Shown piece by piece: positions 1 to 9,105 of a stretch of 64,000 nt of DNA. The stretch is from the NCBI GenBank assembly GCA_002408565.1, contig DHTA01000005.1, forward strand, positions 108,049 to 172,048, in the 5' to 3' direction. Source of the DNA: Patescibacteria group bacterium UBA5272. Lineage in GTDB: Bacteria; Patescibacteriota; Minisyncoccia; Phycocordibacterales; UBA5272. A model generated the notes under the pieces. The model did no database searches. It worked only from the letters and a program-made list of their open reading frames with translations, and had not been told where the DNA came from. The position numbers and the translations under genes are program-made. Position 1 is the first letter of the stretch, and every line of letters starts with the position of its first letter.

Positions 1-2
1 TT

Positions 3-413
3 CCTAATAAAAATTTCTTTATATATTCTGACGACTTAGATTTCAGTATGAGAGCAAAAAAGATAGGTTATAGTTTCTATATTTCACCTTATTTAATTAT
101 AGAAGATTTACATTTAACTTACAATGACCATTATCCTCATTTCTTCTTTGCGAATAATACCAAAAATTATCAAATATTCTTATCCATTAGAAATTCTATA
201 ATAGCTACAAAGATGAATAATTCTCATAATAGATTTTTATTTATATTAAATATTATTTTCTATTTTTTTGGGATATTGGTTTTAGTCTCCTTAAGAAGGA
301 AGTTTTTATTCAAAAAGACAGACCTAGAAAGGTTTAATCTCATTTTAAGGGCTATAAAAAGTGGATTTGAAATGGATTTTACTATTCCTGATTTTATTGG
401 TTTGCCGAAATAG
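3..413 (+). CDS. GT2 family glycosyltransferase, C-terminal part (5'-truncated by window edge)
   Basis: The frame is open upstream of the listed ATG (48) to the window edge and reads PNKNFFIYSDDLDFSMRAKKIGY. This is the FFxYxDDxDxxxR motif of rhamnosyltransferase-like GT2 enzymes. Confidence 0.75.
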   Translation, partial: PNKNFFIYSDDLDFSMRAKKIGYSFYISPYLIIEDLHLTYNDHYPHFFFANNTKNYQIFLSIRNSIIATKMNNSHNRFLFILNIIFYFFGILVLVSLRRKFLFKKTDLERFNLILRAIKSGFEMDFTIPDFIGLPK

Positions 414-461
414 TTGTCTTCTTTATAAAATAATTAAAATAAATTTAAATGAAACAAAACA

Positions 462-1214
462 TTAAGACAACAGGCACTTTGTTTGTCTTAAAAGTAGATA
501 TAAAAATATTTTTAAAGTTATTTTCTCTTTCCAAAGTAATTTTGTATTTCCTTTGTACTTATCTTTTAAAATATCAGTAAGACCTTGGGGTAGGTATCCG
601 TTAGAATCTTTAGTATTTATATCTTTATAAATTACAGTCGCAGGAAGTTTTATAAAATAAAACCACTCCTCTCCATTTTTAATCTTTGTAGAAAATCTAG
701 ATGAGATAGCTAATTTTCTAGAGATTGTGTGTGTGGCATCACCTTTTATATTTTTAAAAAGTAAAATATCCCAAAAATAATTATATTTTTTTTTAATTTT
801 TCTTACTTTAGTTTGAGAAATTTCTTCTATACAAAAATTAGTAACTAACCAGGCTATAGGTATTTTCTTATTTTTTGAAAAGGTAAGAATATCGTTTACT
901 TTCCTTAGGGAGTCTTTTGCTAAAAAATCATCATCATCTAAAAATACTACATAATCACTCGTTTTAGAAATACTTTCCAAAGCAAAATTTCTTGAAAAAT
1001 TCACACCCGTATTTTTTTCATTTTTAAAATATCTGATTCTATTATCTTTGATACCCTCTCCATTTTCAAATTCGCTGTAATCAAAATCAGGAGAATCGTT
1101 AACTATAATCATTTCAAAATCTAAATAATTTTGATCTAAAACACTTTGAACAGCTCTAATAAGTTCTTTAGGTCTTTTATATGTGGGTGTAATTATAGAG
1201 AATTTCATGTCCAA
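462..1214 (-). CDS. GT2 family glycosyltransferase
   Basis: SIITPTYKR, IIVNDSPD, NTGVNFSRN and FLDDDD motifs. Confidence 0.92.
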   Translation of the reverse strand: MDMKFSIITPTYKRPKELIRAVQSVLDQNYLDFEMIIVNDSPDFDYSEFENGEGIKDNRIRYFKNEKNTGVNFSRNFALESISKTSDYVVFLDDDDFLAKDSLRKVNDILTFSKNKKIPIAWLVTNFCIEEISQTKVRKIKKKYNYFWDILLFKNIKGDATHTISRKLAISSRFSTKIKNGEEWFYFIKLPATVIYKDINTKDSNGYLPQGLTDILKDKYKGNTKLLWKEKITLKIFLYLLLRQTKCLLS

Positions 1215-1218
1215 ATTT

Positions 1219-1977
1219 TTATTCCATTTTTAATTTTTTTTTAATAACTTTTTTGATTCCTAAAAACTCTGTAATCTTTTTAAGAATTTTATGAAGACCT
1301 ATTTTTTTTATAAATTTATTTAAAGGATGTCCCCAAGAATAATTCCACATATGAACGCCATAAGCCTCCTCAGGAGCATTTGTTTTTAAAATATTATCTT
1401 TATAGCTAACACGAAAATTTTTAATCTCATATTGATCAAATGCATAAAAATATTTTTTTGGGTGGATTTTTATAAAAGCATTATCTCCAGATTGATTTCT
1501 GTAATTATGATAATTTTCTGTCATTACAGCTGGTCCAGTTTTTAAAATTCTATAATTTTCGTCATTATATTTTTCGTAATAATCCAAACAAAATTTAATA
1601 AAAGGATTATCTTTTTCTGCTCCAACAGCTCCACAACTTAAATTTTCGTCATCTTCATAAGCGGTAAAACAAGAGTCGTTTAAAAGATTGTCTAAAGACT
1701 TAAGCATAAACATATCAGAATCTAAATAAACCCCTCCGTGATTATATAAAATATATAATCTTAAATAGTCTACGATAAAACCCCATTTTTTTGCGTCGCT
1801 TATATATTTTGTATAAGGATGAGAATTTATATCAAAATTACTTTCATTCCACTCTTTTATCTCATAATCAGGCATTACTTTTTTCCAGCTTTCAATACAT
1901 TTTAAAACCAGGTCTGGTTTTGGATTTCCGCCAAACCAACAATAATGTAAAACCTTAGGAATTTTTGTTTCAGTCAT
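1219..1977 (-). CDS. DXD sugar-binding glycosyltransferase (GT32/Och1-like)
   Basis: IPKVLHYCWFGG, DYLRLYILYNHGGVYLDSD and TGP motifs. Confidence 0.92.
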   Translation of the reverse strand: MTETKIPKVLHYCWFGGNPKPDLVLKCIESWKKVMPDYEIKEWNESNFDINSHPYTKYISDAKKWGFIVDYLRLYILYNHGGVYLDSDMFMLKSLDNLLNDSCFTAYEDDENLSCGAVGAEKDNPFIKFCLDYYEKYNDENYRILKTGPAVMTENYHNYRNQSGDNAFIKIHPKKYFYAFDQYEIKNFRVSYKDNILKTNAPEEAYGVHMWNYSWGHPLNKFIKKIGLHKILKKITEFLGIKKVIKKKLKME

Positions 1978-1984
1978 ATTTCTA

Positions 1985-3388
1985 TTATACCCCGCTTCGA
2001 CTCAATAAATTTCTCACAGTTTTTACCATCAAAGATAAATCCATTAAGAAAGATCTATGCTTTAAATAGAAAATATCATAACAAAGTTTGTCTCTGGTGG
2101 CATCGGTCGCAATGCCAAACTTTGGAACAGATTTTTGTTCTTGATAAATCTGGGCGTAGCCGGAAAGGCCAGGGGTGACAGTGTGGCGAATTCCATAAAA
2201 AGGAATTTGTTTCGCATATTCTTCTACAAGAGTAGGGACTTCTGGACGAGGTCCAATGAGAGACAAGTCTCCCGAGATAATATTTATAAGTTGAGGAAGT
2301 TCATCTAGTCTAGTTTTTCTTAAAAAGCTTCCAAACTTTGTAATTCTTTTTGCTTCATTTTTACTGCTAGAATCTATGTCTTTATTTTTAAGATCGGTCA
2401 TACTTCTAAATTTATAGACTTTAAAAGGAAGTCCATCTTTACCTATTCTTTCAGAAATATAAAAGAGGCTTCCACCGTCTTGTGCTTTTAAAACAAGAAA
2501 GATAATCGGGTAAATAGCTAGAGAAATCAAAAAGATAGGAATAGACAAATATAAGTCTAAGAGCCTTTTTGCATTTTCGTAAAATTTATTTTTCTTTCCG
2601 TAAAGATTATTAAAGAACCAGCTAGCATCAATATTATCTAGCGGGACTTTTTGAAGCACTTCTTCATAGAGATCGGCAAAATTTACCACCTCTACTTTTC
2701 CGAGTAGGAATTCATAAAAGAAAGAAATGTTGTTTTTAATTTTTGGATGATGCATGTTTATGGCGAGCATGCTTATCTCCTCTTCGGCAACTTTCTTTTT
2801 TATGGAATCCAGACTTTCTATTTCGCTAAGAGATAAAGAGTTTACTTTTTGTATATTTAAAATTTTGTTTTGAGCAATTTCATCTTTTAAGTCTTCTAAT
2901 TCTTTTCCTTCCGCTACCAAGAGGATTCGGGTATTTCCACTTCCTTTAAAAATCTTACGGACGCTTTTTCGCCAAAAGAAAATGAAAAGACTAGAGATCA
3001 AAATGTAAATTATCAAAATAGTTTTGGGAGCGATGGAGAAAAGAGGAATGGTGTAGAAAATAATTGCTCCTAAAATAGAAGAGAGTATTTGGCTCGCGAG
3101 AATTCTCTTGTCTAGCTCGGTGTAGATTTTGATAGTCATCTTGTCATAGAGTCCATACATATAAAAGACCAGCATATTTAAAAAGATGATGATGAGAAAG
3201 GGATAAAACACTCCTAGAAATCTCTCCCAAGACACAAAGCCTATATTTTCAATAGCGAAAGAATATCGGAGAGAGATGGAAAGATATAAAGCCGTGGAGA
3301 GAATTATGAAATCAGTAAATGCGATAAATACCCTTTTTGTGATTTTGGTTGAAATCATATATAATTTTATTATAGAGATATTATACAA
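1985..3388 (-). CDS. Priming undecaprenyl-phosphate sugar phosphotransferase (WcaJ/WbaP family)
   Basis: N-terminal TM helices; KRLLD, YKFRSM, LRKTRLDELPQL, GPRPE and PGLSGYAQ motifs. The true start may be MISTK (3358). Confidence 0.93.
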   Translation of the reverse strand: MYNISIIKLYMISTKITKRVFIAFTDFIILSTALYLSISLRYSFAIENIGFVSWERFLGVFYPFLIIIFLNMLVFYMYGLYDKMTIKIYTELDKRILASQILSSILGAIIFYTIPLFSIAPKTILIIYILISSLFIFFWRKSVRKIFKGSGNTRILLVAEGKELEDLKDEIAQNKILNIQKVNSLSLSEIESLDSIKKKVAEEEISMLAINMHHPKIKNNISFFYEFLLGKVEVVNFADLYEEVLQKVPLDNIDASWFFNNLYGKKNKFYENAKRLLDLYLSIPIFLISLAIYPIIFLVLKAQDGGSLFYISERIGKDGLPFKVYKFRSMTDLKNKDIDSSSKNEAKRITKFGSFLRKTRLDELPQLINIISGDLSLIGPRPEVPTLVEEYAKQIPFYGIRHTVTPGLSGYAQIYQEQKSVPKFGIATDATRDKLCYDIFYLKHRSFLMDLSLMVKTVRNLLSRSGV

Positions 3389-3419
3389 TTTAAACTAAAA
3401 AATAAAAGCTTTAAAGTCT

Positions 3420-4511
3420 ATGAAAATCTTATACGTAATTACCAAAAGCAATTGGGGCGGAGCGCAAAAATATGTGTTTGATTTAGCTCTCGCTATGAAA
3501 AATTTTGGCTATGATGTGGCAGTGGCTTTTGGAGGCTCTGGCAAGCTTGCGGAGAAGCTAAAAGAAAAGGAAATTCGTACTATTGAGATCCCTAATTTAG
3601 AGAGAGATGTAAACTTTCTGAAAGAGCTATCGGTTTTAAGATATTTAGGAAAAGTTTTTAGAGATGAAAAGCCGAATGTGGTGCATTTGAATAGTTCCAA
3701 GATTGGAGTCTTGGGAGCTATCTTAGCCAGAATGACTAATATTAAAAAAATAATTTTTACTGCACACGGATTTGCTTTCAGGGAAGATAGATCTAAAGTA
3801 GAAGTCACTTTAATCAAATTTTTATCTTGGCTAACAATTTTATTTTCCCATAAGACAATTTGTGTTTCAGAAAGGGATTTGAGAGACGTTGAAGATTGGC
3901 TTTGGATAAAAAATAGATTGACGGTTATTCAAAATGGAATTGAAATTAGGGAAATATCTAAGCCAGAGAGACCGAAAGAAGATTTAATAAAGATTGTTTC
4001 TATAGGCGAGCTTCATAAGAATAAAGGATTTAAATATGCTCTAAAAACTATAAATATTTTGAAAGAGAAAGTGTCAAATTTTAAATACACGATTTTCTCT
4101 TTTGGGGGAGAAGAGGAAAATAAATTGAGAAAGAAAATCGTAAAACTAAATTTACAGAATTTTGTAGAGCTGATCATAACCAAAGAAAAGTCTGACGACG
4201 AACTCAAAAATTTTGATATTTACTTTCTACCTTCTATTAAAGAAGGATTGCCATATGTCCTCTTGGAAGCTTCTCTAAATTATTTACCTATAGTCGCTAG
4301 CGAGACAGGTGGAGCCGGGGAAGTTGTAGAAAATAATAGAAGTGGATTTTTGGTTAAAACAAAAGACAAAGAAGGTTTTGCAGTGGCTCTGGAAAAATTA
4401 ATTAGAGATAAGGAGCTGCGAGAAAGTTTTGGAAAAGAGGCAAGAGAAATCGTAGAGAGTAAATTCAATATCGAGACCATGATCGCCAAAACTTTGAGTC
4501 TTTACAGTTGA
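3420..4511 (+). CDS. GT4 family glycosyltransferase
   Basis: GGAQ near the N-terminus; PSIKEGLPYVLLEA (E-x7-E) motif. Confidence 0.93.
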   Translation: MKILYVITKSNWGGAQKYVFDLALAMKNFGYDVAVAFGGSGKLAEKLKEKEIRTIEIPNLERDVNFLKELSVLRYLGKVFRDEKPNVVHLNSSKIGVLGAILARMTNIKKIIFTAHGFAFREDRSKVEVTLIKFLSWLTILFSHKTICVSERDLRDVEDWLWIKNRLTVIQNGIEIREISKPERPKEDLIKIVSIGELHKNKGFKYALKTINILKEKVSNFKYTIFSFGGEEENKLRKKIVKLNLQNFVELIITKEKSDDELKNFDIYFLPSIKEGLPYVLLEASLNYLPIVASETGGAGEVVENNRSGFLVKTKDKEGFAVALEKLIRDKELRESFGKEAREIVESKFNIETMIAKTLSLYS

Positions 4512-4542
4512 TTTCGTGTCTTGGTTTGGATCCCTATCTTAT

Positions 4543-4571
4543 TTGTATTTTTTTAAAAAATATGATATATT
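4543..4571 (+). promoter_or_regulatory. sigma70-type promoter with extended -10
   Basis: TTGTAT (4543-4548), 17 nt spacer, TATATT (4566-4571), preceded by TG. Confidence 0.55.
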
Positions 4572-4577
4572 ATTTTC

Positions 4578-4712
4578 AGTTAAGTTTTGAGTTCTAATCA
4601 AGAGAAACAGCTAAATTTAAATCAAACTTTTTCAACTGTTTTTTCATTTTTCGCTCAATTTTCTATCGAGCCATTTTTTACCCTCTGTCCGTTCTGCGGA
4701 TGGAGGGTTTTT
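4578..4712 (+). ncRNA. Candidate small RNA (~135 nt) upstream of tRNA-Trp
   Basis: Bracketed by the promoter above and a GC-rich terminator. No ATG-initiated ORF. The 5' CAGTT..AAGTTTTGA can pair with TCAAACTT..AACTG. Confidence 0.35.
4680..4712 (+). terminator. Intrinsic terminator
   Basis: CCCTCTGTCCG-ttctg-CGGATGGAGGG followed by TTTTT. Two G-U pairs form only on the + strand. Confidence 0.75.
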
Positions 4713-4745
4713 CTTTTATTATTTTCATGCTAAAATCTAAAGACT

Positions 4746-4816
4746 GGGTCTATAGTTCAGTGGTAGAATAGCGGTCTCCAAAACCGTTGACCGAGGTTCG
4801 AATCCTCGTGGACCCG
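4746..4816 (+). tRNA. tRNA-Trp (CCA)
   Basis: Acceptor GGGTCTA/TGGACCC; anticodon arm GCGGT-CTCCAAA-ACCGT; T-loop TTCGAAT. The CCA tail is not encoded. It has its own TGcTAAAAT -10 at 4728-4736. Confidence 0.96.
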
Positions 4817-4860
4817 CATCAAAGATCGTATTTTAAAACTATGTTACAATAGTTTCTATT

Positions 4861-5415
4861 ATGACGACTGCCTATTGCTCACAATATAGAGACATTGAAG
4901 ACAAAATCTGGAAAGATAGAGCTTGTTCTCTTTGTGCTCTTTGGATGGCTTTAAAATCTTTAAAAAGTGATTTTAATTTGTCTCCCAATGAATTATTGAA
5001 AAAAGGACTTTATATAAACGCTTTTGTAGATCCTGGATATTGGAGACATGACAGACTGACAGTTCTTTCTCACAATTATGGACTACCTTCTTATGCGGAA
5101 GAGTTTAAAAGTGCCCCTTTTGGAAAAGAGACAAAATACGCGGAAGAAATTTTGAATCATGGAATAAACAAAATTTTTAATTTTTTAAAAAATGGGGAAG
5201 GTATGATTATAGTTTCTGTGCCAAAAGATTTTATACATTTTGATAAGCCACATTCTATATTGTTGCATTCTGTAAAAGAAGAAAATAATGAAAAATATTT
5301 CATCTATAATGATAGCGCCAAAGAAAACGAAGAAGAGGGTAAAAATCTCAAAGTTTCTCTCCAAGATTTTGCAAAGTCTTGGAGGAGATTGGCTATATTC
5401 ATCAATAAGATTTAA
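4861..5415 (+). CDS. C39-like cysteine peptidase family protein
   Basis: YCSQY...ACSLCALWM (Cys), PHSILL (His), YNDS (Asp). Confidence 0.7.
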   Translation: MTTAYCSQYRDIEDKIWKDRACSLCALWMALKSLKSDFNLSPNELLKKGLYINAFVDPGYWRHDRLTVLSHNYGLPSYAEEFKSAPFGKETKYAEEILNHGINKIFNFLKNGEGMIIVSVPKDFIHFDKPHSILLHSVKEENNEKYFIYNDSAKENEEEGKNLKVSLQDFAKSWRRLAIFINKI

Positions 5416-5456
5416 ATAAATTTTTAGAGAATATCTGTGCTAAAATTAAAGTATCT

Positions 5457-6089
5457 ATGAAAAAGAAAAATATAATTATTTTAATTTTAATATTATTAAT
5501 AGCATTTATTGGTAGTGTTTATTGGTTATTTAATACCTACGACAAACTTTCTTTAAGGGGAAGGAATGCTCCTTCCGAGATTGTCCTTAGTGACGCCGAG
5601 AAATTCCAAGCTGAATATCCTGGAGTCTCTCCAGATAATGTTTTCGTTTATAAGTCAGCTAGTGAAATTATTGATATTTTAAAAACCGGTACAGGATTAG
5701 TTTATTTAGGTTTTCCAGAATGTCCTTGGTGCCAGAAATATTCTATTTATTTAGATGAAGTAGCTAGAGAGCAAAATTTAGAAAAGATTTATTATTATAA
5801 TGTTCGCCAAATCCGTTCCGATAACGCTCCGGAATATCAGGAAATGGTAGCTCTTCTTCAAGAGTTCTTAGACAAAGATGCAGATGATAATCCTAGAATC
5901 TTCGTGCCAGATTTGACAGCTGTCAAAGATGGTGAAATTATTGCACATGACAATAGCACTTCTTTAAACTCTTCTGCGGATGGTACTCCAGCTGAGTGGT
6001 GGACAGAAGAAAGAGTTCTAAATATCAAAGAGGCTTTCAAAAGTATGATTGAGCCAGTCAATGTTTGTGAGACAACTTGTAATCAATAA
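5457..6089 (+). CDS. Membrane-anchored thioredoxin-fold protein
   Basis: N-terminal TM helix; GFPECPWC active site; FVP cis-Pro loop. Confidence 0.8.
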   Translation: MKKKNIIILILILLIAFIGSVYWLFNTYDKLSLRGRNAPSEIVLSDAEKFQAEYPGVSPDNVFVYKSASEIIDILKTGTGLVYLGFPECPWCQKYSIYLDEVAREQNLEKIYYYNVRQIRSDNAPEYQEMVALLQEFLDKDADDNPRIFVPDLTAVKDGEIIAHDNSTSLNSSADGTPAEWWTEERVLNIKEAFKSMIEPVNVCETTCNQ

Positions 6090-6094
6090 TATAT

Positions 6095-6165
6095 AAATTC
6101 TTCGAAATTTATTTTTCGAATCAACCCCGCTTCGCGAAAATTCCAAAAACAAATTTCTCGAATTT
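6095..6165. repeat. Long imperfect inverted repeat (REP/MITE-like stem-loop)
   Basis: GAAATTTATTTTTCGAAT (6104-6121) pairs with ATTCCAAAAACAAATTTC (6140-6157) with 2 mismatches. Outer AAATTC/GAATTT; inner CGC-ttc-GCG. Confidence 0.5.
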
Positions 6166-6169
6166 TCTA

Positions 6170-6200
6170 TAAAAAACGCGCCAAAAGAGCGCGTTTTTTA
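6170..6200. terminator. Intrinsic terminator (bidirectional-type)
   Basis: TAAAAAACGCGC-caaaaga-GCGCGTTTTTTA. Confidence 0.8.
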
Positions 6201-6260
6201 TTTTTTCTAAGAAAGGCTTTATGATATAATGCTTTCAAATCATTTAACTTAAAAGCTATT

Positions 6261-8111
6261 ATGACAATTAATGAAATTAGAAAAAAATATTTAGAATTTA
6301 TGAGAGGTAAGGGACATGTTATTGTCAGATCTGCTTCTCTTGTTCCAGAAAATGATCCAACTACTCTCTTTACTGCAGCTGGCATGCAACCTATGATTAA
6401 CTATATTCTCGGCGCGACTCATACAGCTGGAAAGAGAATTGTTGATACTCAAAAATGCTTTCGCTCTCAGGATATAGAAGAAATTGGGGATAATAGACAT
6501 ACCACTTTTTTTGAAATGCTTGGAAATTGGAGTTTTGGAGATTATTTTAAAAAAGAACAAATTGCTTGGATGTATGAATTTTTGACAAATAAAGAAGTTG
6601 GTCTTGGTCTTTCCAAAGATAGACTTTATTTTTCTTGCTATGAAGGAAATCAAAAGTTGAATGTTCCTAAAGATGAAGATTCAAAAAATTTCTGGTTAGA
6701 GAATGGTGTCACAGAAGATAAAATTTATTTTTACGATGATAAGAAAAATTGGTGGAGCCGAAGTGGAATTCCAGAAAATATGCCAGTCGGTGAGCCGGGT
6801 GGACCAGATTCAGAAATCTTTTTTGATTTTGATCCAAAAGGTGAAAAGAAGATTCACAAAAATAGTAAATTTGCTAAAGAAGCTTGTCATCCAAACTGCG
6901 ATTGTGGACGATTTGTAGAAATTGGAAACAGTGTTTTTATTCAATATAAAAAGACTGAAAACGGACTTGAAGAATTGATTCAAAAAAGTGTGGATTTTGG
7001 TGGAGGGTTAACTAGAATGGCGGCAGCTGTAGAAGACGATGAAGATATTTTCAATTTAAATGTTTTTGAACAGGCTAAAAAGATTATAGAAGAAAAATCT
7101 GGAAAAAAATATAAGGAAAGTGAAGAGAATAAAATTAATTTCAGAATAATTTTAGATCATATTCATGCAGCTACATTTTTAATAGGGGATGGAGTTTTTC
7201 CTGGCAATAAAGATCAAATGTATTTTGTGAGAAGGCTTATTCGTCGAGCGATTGTGGCTGGGCATAAACTTGGAATCCAAAACAATTTTACTAAAGAAAT
7301 TGCTAAAACTTTTGTTGAAAATTATAAAGAAGCAGAAGAGTATTTAGGAAATAATCTTTCCAAAAATAAAAGTGTGATTTTAGAAGAAATGGAGAAAGAA
7401 GAAAACAAATTCCGAAAGACTTTAAATAATGGCATGAAAGAATTTAGTAAAGTCACCAGTGAAGGTATTACTGGAGAAGAAGCTTTCAACCTTTTGCAGA
7501 CTTACGGTTTTCCAATTGAGCTCACTTTAGAATTGGCTGAAGAGAAAAATCTAAAAGTAGATTTAGAAACTTTTATCAAACTTAAAGAAGAACATTCTTT
7601 AAAAAGTAGAACCGCTAGTGAGGGTATGTTTAAAGGAGGGTTGGCTGATCAATCTGAAATCACTACCGCACTTCATTCCACTTGTCACTTGATGTTGGCT
7701 GGTATGCGAAAAATTTTAGGAGAAAATGTCACTCAAGCTGGAAGCAATATTAATAGCGAAAGACTACGATTTGATTTTGCTTTTGATAGGAAGGTGGAAA
7801 AAGAAGAAATTGAAGCTATAGAAAATTATGTAAATCAAGCTATACAAAAAGGTTTTTCTACCAAAATTGAAGAGATGAATAAGGAAGAAGCTAAAGCTAA
7901 AGGAGTGACTGGAGCTTTTTGGGAAAAATATCCAGAAATTGTGAAAGTTTATAATATGATTGGCGAGGATGGTGAGATTTATTCTCGAGAATTATGTGGT
8001 GGTCCACATATAGAAAATAGTAGAGATTATTTAGCCAAGAAAACTTTTAAAATTGTAAAAGAAGAATCTGTCTCCGCAGGGGTACGAAGATTTAAAGGGA
8101 TATTGGAATAA
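6261..8111 (+). CDS. alaS: Alanine--tRNA ligase, short form lacking C-Ala
   Basis: DPTTLFTAAGMQP and RHTTFFEMLGNWSFGDYFK; editing motifs HSTCH and ELCGGPH; ends at SAGVRR. Confidence 0.97.
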   Translation: MTINEIRKKYLEFMRGKGHVIVRSASLVPENDPTTLFTAAGMQPMINYILGATHTAGKRIVDTQKCFRSQDIEEIGDNRHTTFFEMLGNWSFGDYFKKEQIAWMYEFLTNKEVGLGLSKDRLYFSCYEGNQKLNVPKDEDSKNFWLENGVTEDKIYFYDDKKNWWSRSGIPENMPVGEPGGPDSEIFFDFDPKGEKKIHKNSKFAKEACHPNCDCGRFVEIGNSVFIQYKKTENGLEELIQKSVDFGGGLTRMAAAVEDDEDIFNLNVFEQAKKIIEEKSGKKYKESEENKINFRIILDHIHAATFLIGDGVFPGNKDQMYFVRRLIRRAIVAGHKLGIQNNFTKEIAKTFVENYKEAEEYLGNNLSKNKSVILEEMEKEENKFRKTLNNGMKEFSKVTSEGITGEEAFNLLQTYGFPIELTLELAEEKNLKVDLETFIKLKEEHSLKSRTASEGMFKGGLADQSEITTALHSTCHLMLAGMRKILGENVTQAGSNINSERLRFDFAFDRKVEKEEIEAIENYVNQAIQKGFSTKIEEMNKEEAKAKGVTGAFWEKYPEIVKVYNMIGEDGEIYSRELCGGPHIENSRDYLAKKTFKIVKEESVSAGVRRFKGILE

Positions 8112-8120
8112 AAAAATTGC

Positions 8121-8477
8121 CTATTCAGGCAATTTTATAAGGATTAATTCTGTGCATATGGGCGAAGTGTCTAAATCTGGTCTTTTATTCCAAAAGTAAG
8201 CCACATTTTGCCCTTTGATGATTTTGAAGAAAGTTTCTGCGTTTACAGAATAATTGTTTCTGGCTCGAAAAATTGTTAAACCAGTTTCAGGTTTCATCTC
8301 TTTCACTTTTTCTCGAAAATCTTCATTCAACAAGAAAAGTGAATCTTCGGTAAACCTTTTTGGCTCATAAACTTCCAGCTTTAAATCTTTAGTTAAATAA
8401 CATTCTTCAAATTCTTCTTCCCCGTCTTTTTTTATAAAAACACGACGACTATTGGCTCTTAAAAACAAAATTCTCAT
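8121..8477 (-). CDS. Hypothetical protein (118 aa)
   Basis: Fills the gap between alaS and the next gene. TTGACG..TAGGTT-like promoter upstream. No recognisable motif. Confidence 0.65.
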   Translation of the reverse strand: MRILFLRANSRRVFIKKDGEEEFEECYLTKDLKLEVYEPKRFTEDSLFLLNEDFREKVKEMKPETGLTIFRARNNYSVNAETFFKIIKGQNVAYFWNKRPDLDTSPICTELILIKLPE

Positions 8478-8610
8478 GTCTTTAATCTTTAAAGGTTTTT
8501 AAAAGTTACTATTTGACTGACTTCAACCTAACAAAGATTTAGATTTTCGTCAAATGATTTTTTTATTAAAAATTTTAAAATTTGATAGCTATTTGTGTTA
8601 AAATATTTGT

Positions 8611-9105
8611 ATGAACGAAAATTATTTGAGGAAGTATTTGGATATTAAAGTCTTTGACGACAAGACTCAAGTTCAATTTTGGAAAGATGAAGTTTTGGTT
8701 GAGAGTTCAGAGTTTGCTTTAGGTTTAAATCAAATCTCTGAAAATTTGGTGTCTGATTATATTATGAATAATTGGTTAGCTGGGATTCTTTATATTTTGG
8801 ATAAAATTTCTCTTTTAGATAGAATACCAACTTTTTTTTATGTGAGTGCTGAGAGATATGGTAGTGTCTTTGAAAAATTTTTGAAAAAACCTGAAACTTA
8901 TTCACAGTTTTATTTAGAGCCGACCGAATACGGTTTAGGTGTCCATGTTATAATAAAAAAGATAAATCCTATCAATATTAATTCTCATCGAGAGGATTAT
9001 ATAAAGAATGAGGGCATCAGGGATAAAGTTATTATTAAAGATAATAAAGAAGATTCAAAATCATATGAGAGATATACGAAGGCCATATCGCAATTCAAGG
9101 TCTGA
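8611..9105 (+). CDS. Hypothetical protein (possible remnant of an FtsA/PilM-like domain)
   Basis: ORF starts 6 nt after TGtTAAAAT. The FtsA-like idea rests only on recalled CPR gene order next to the baseplate-J-like gene. Confidence 0.6.
   Translation: MNENYLRKYLDIKVFDDKTQVQFWKDEVLVESSEFALGLNQISENLVSDYIMNNWLAGILYILDKISLLDRIPTFFYVSAERYGSVFEKFLKKPETYSQFYLEPTEYGLGVHVIIKKINPININSHREDYIKNEGIRDKVIIKDNKEDSKSYERYTKAISQFKV

Noticed and set aside
4587-4733. 48-codon TTG-started ORF containing CPFCGW
   Set aside because: The Cys motif is encoded by the terminator hairpin, and the ORF runs through it into the tRNA promoter; probably chance.
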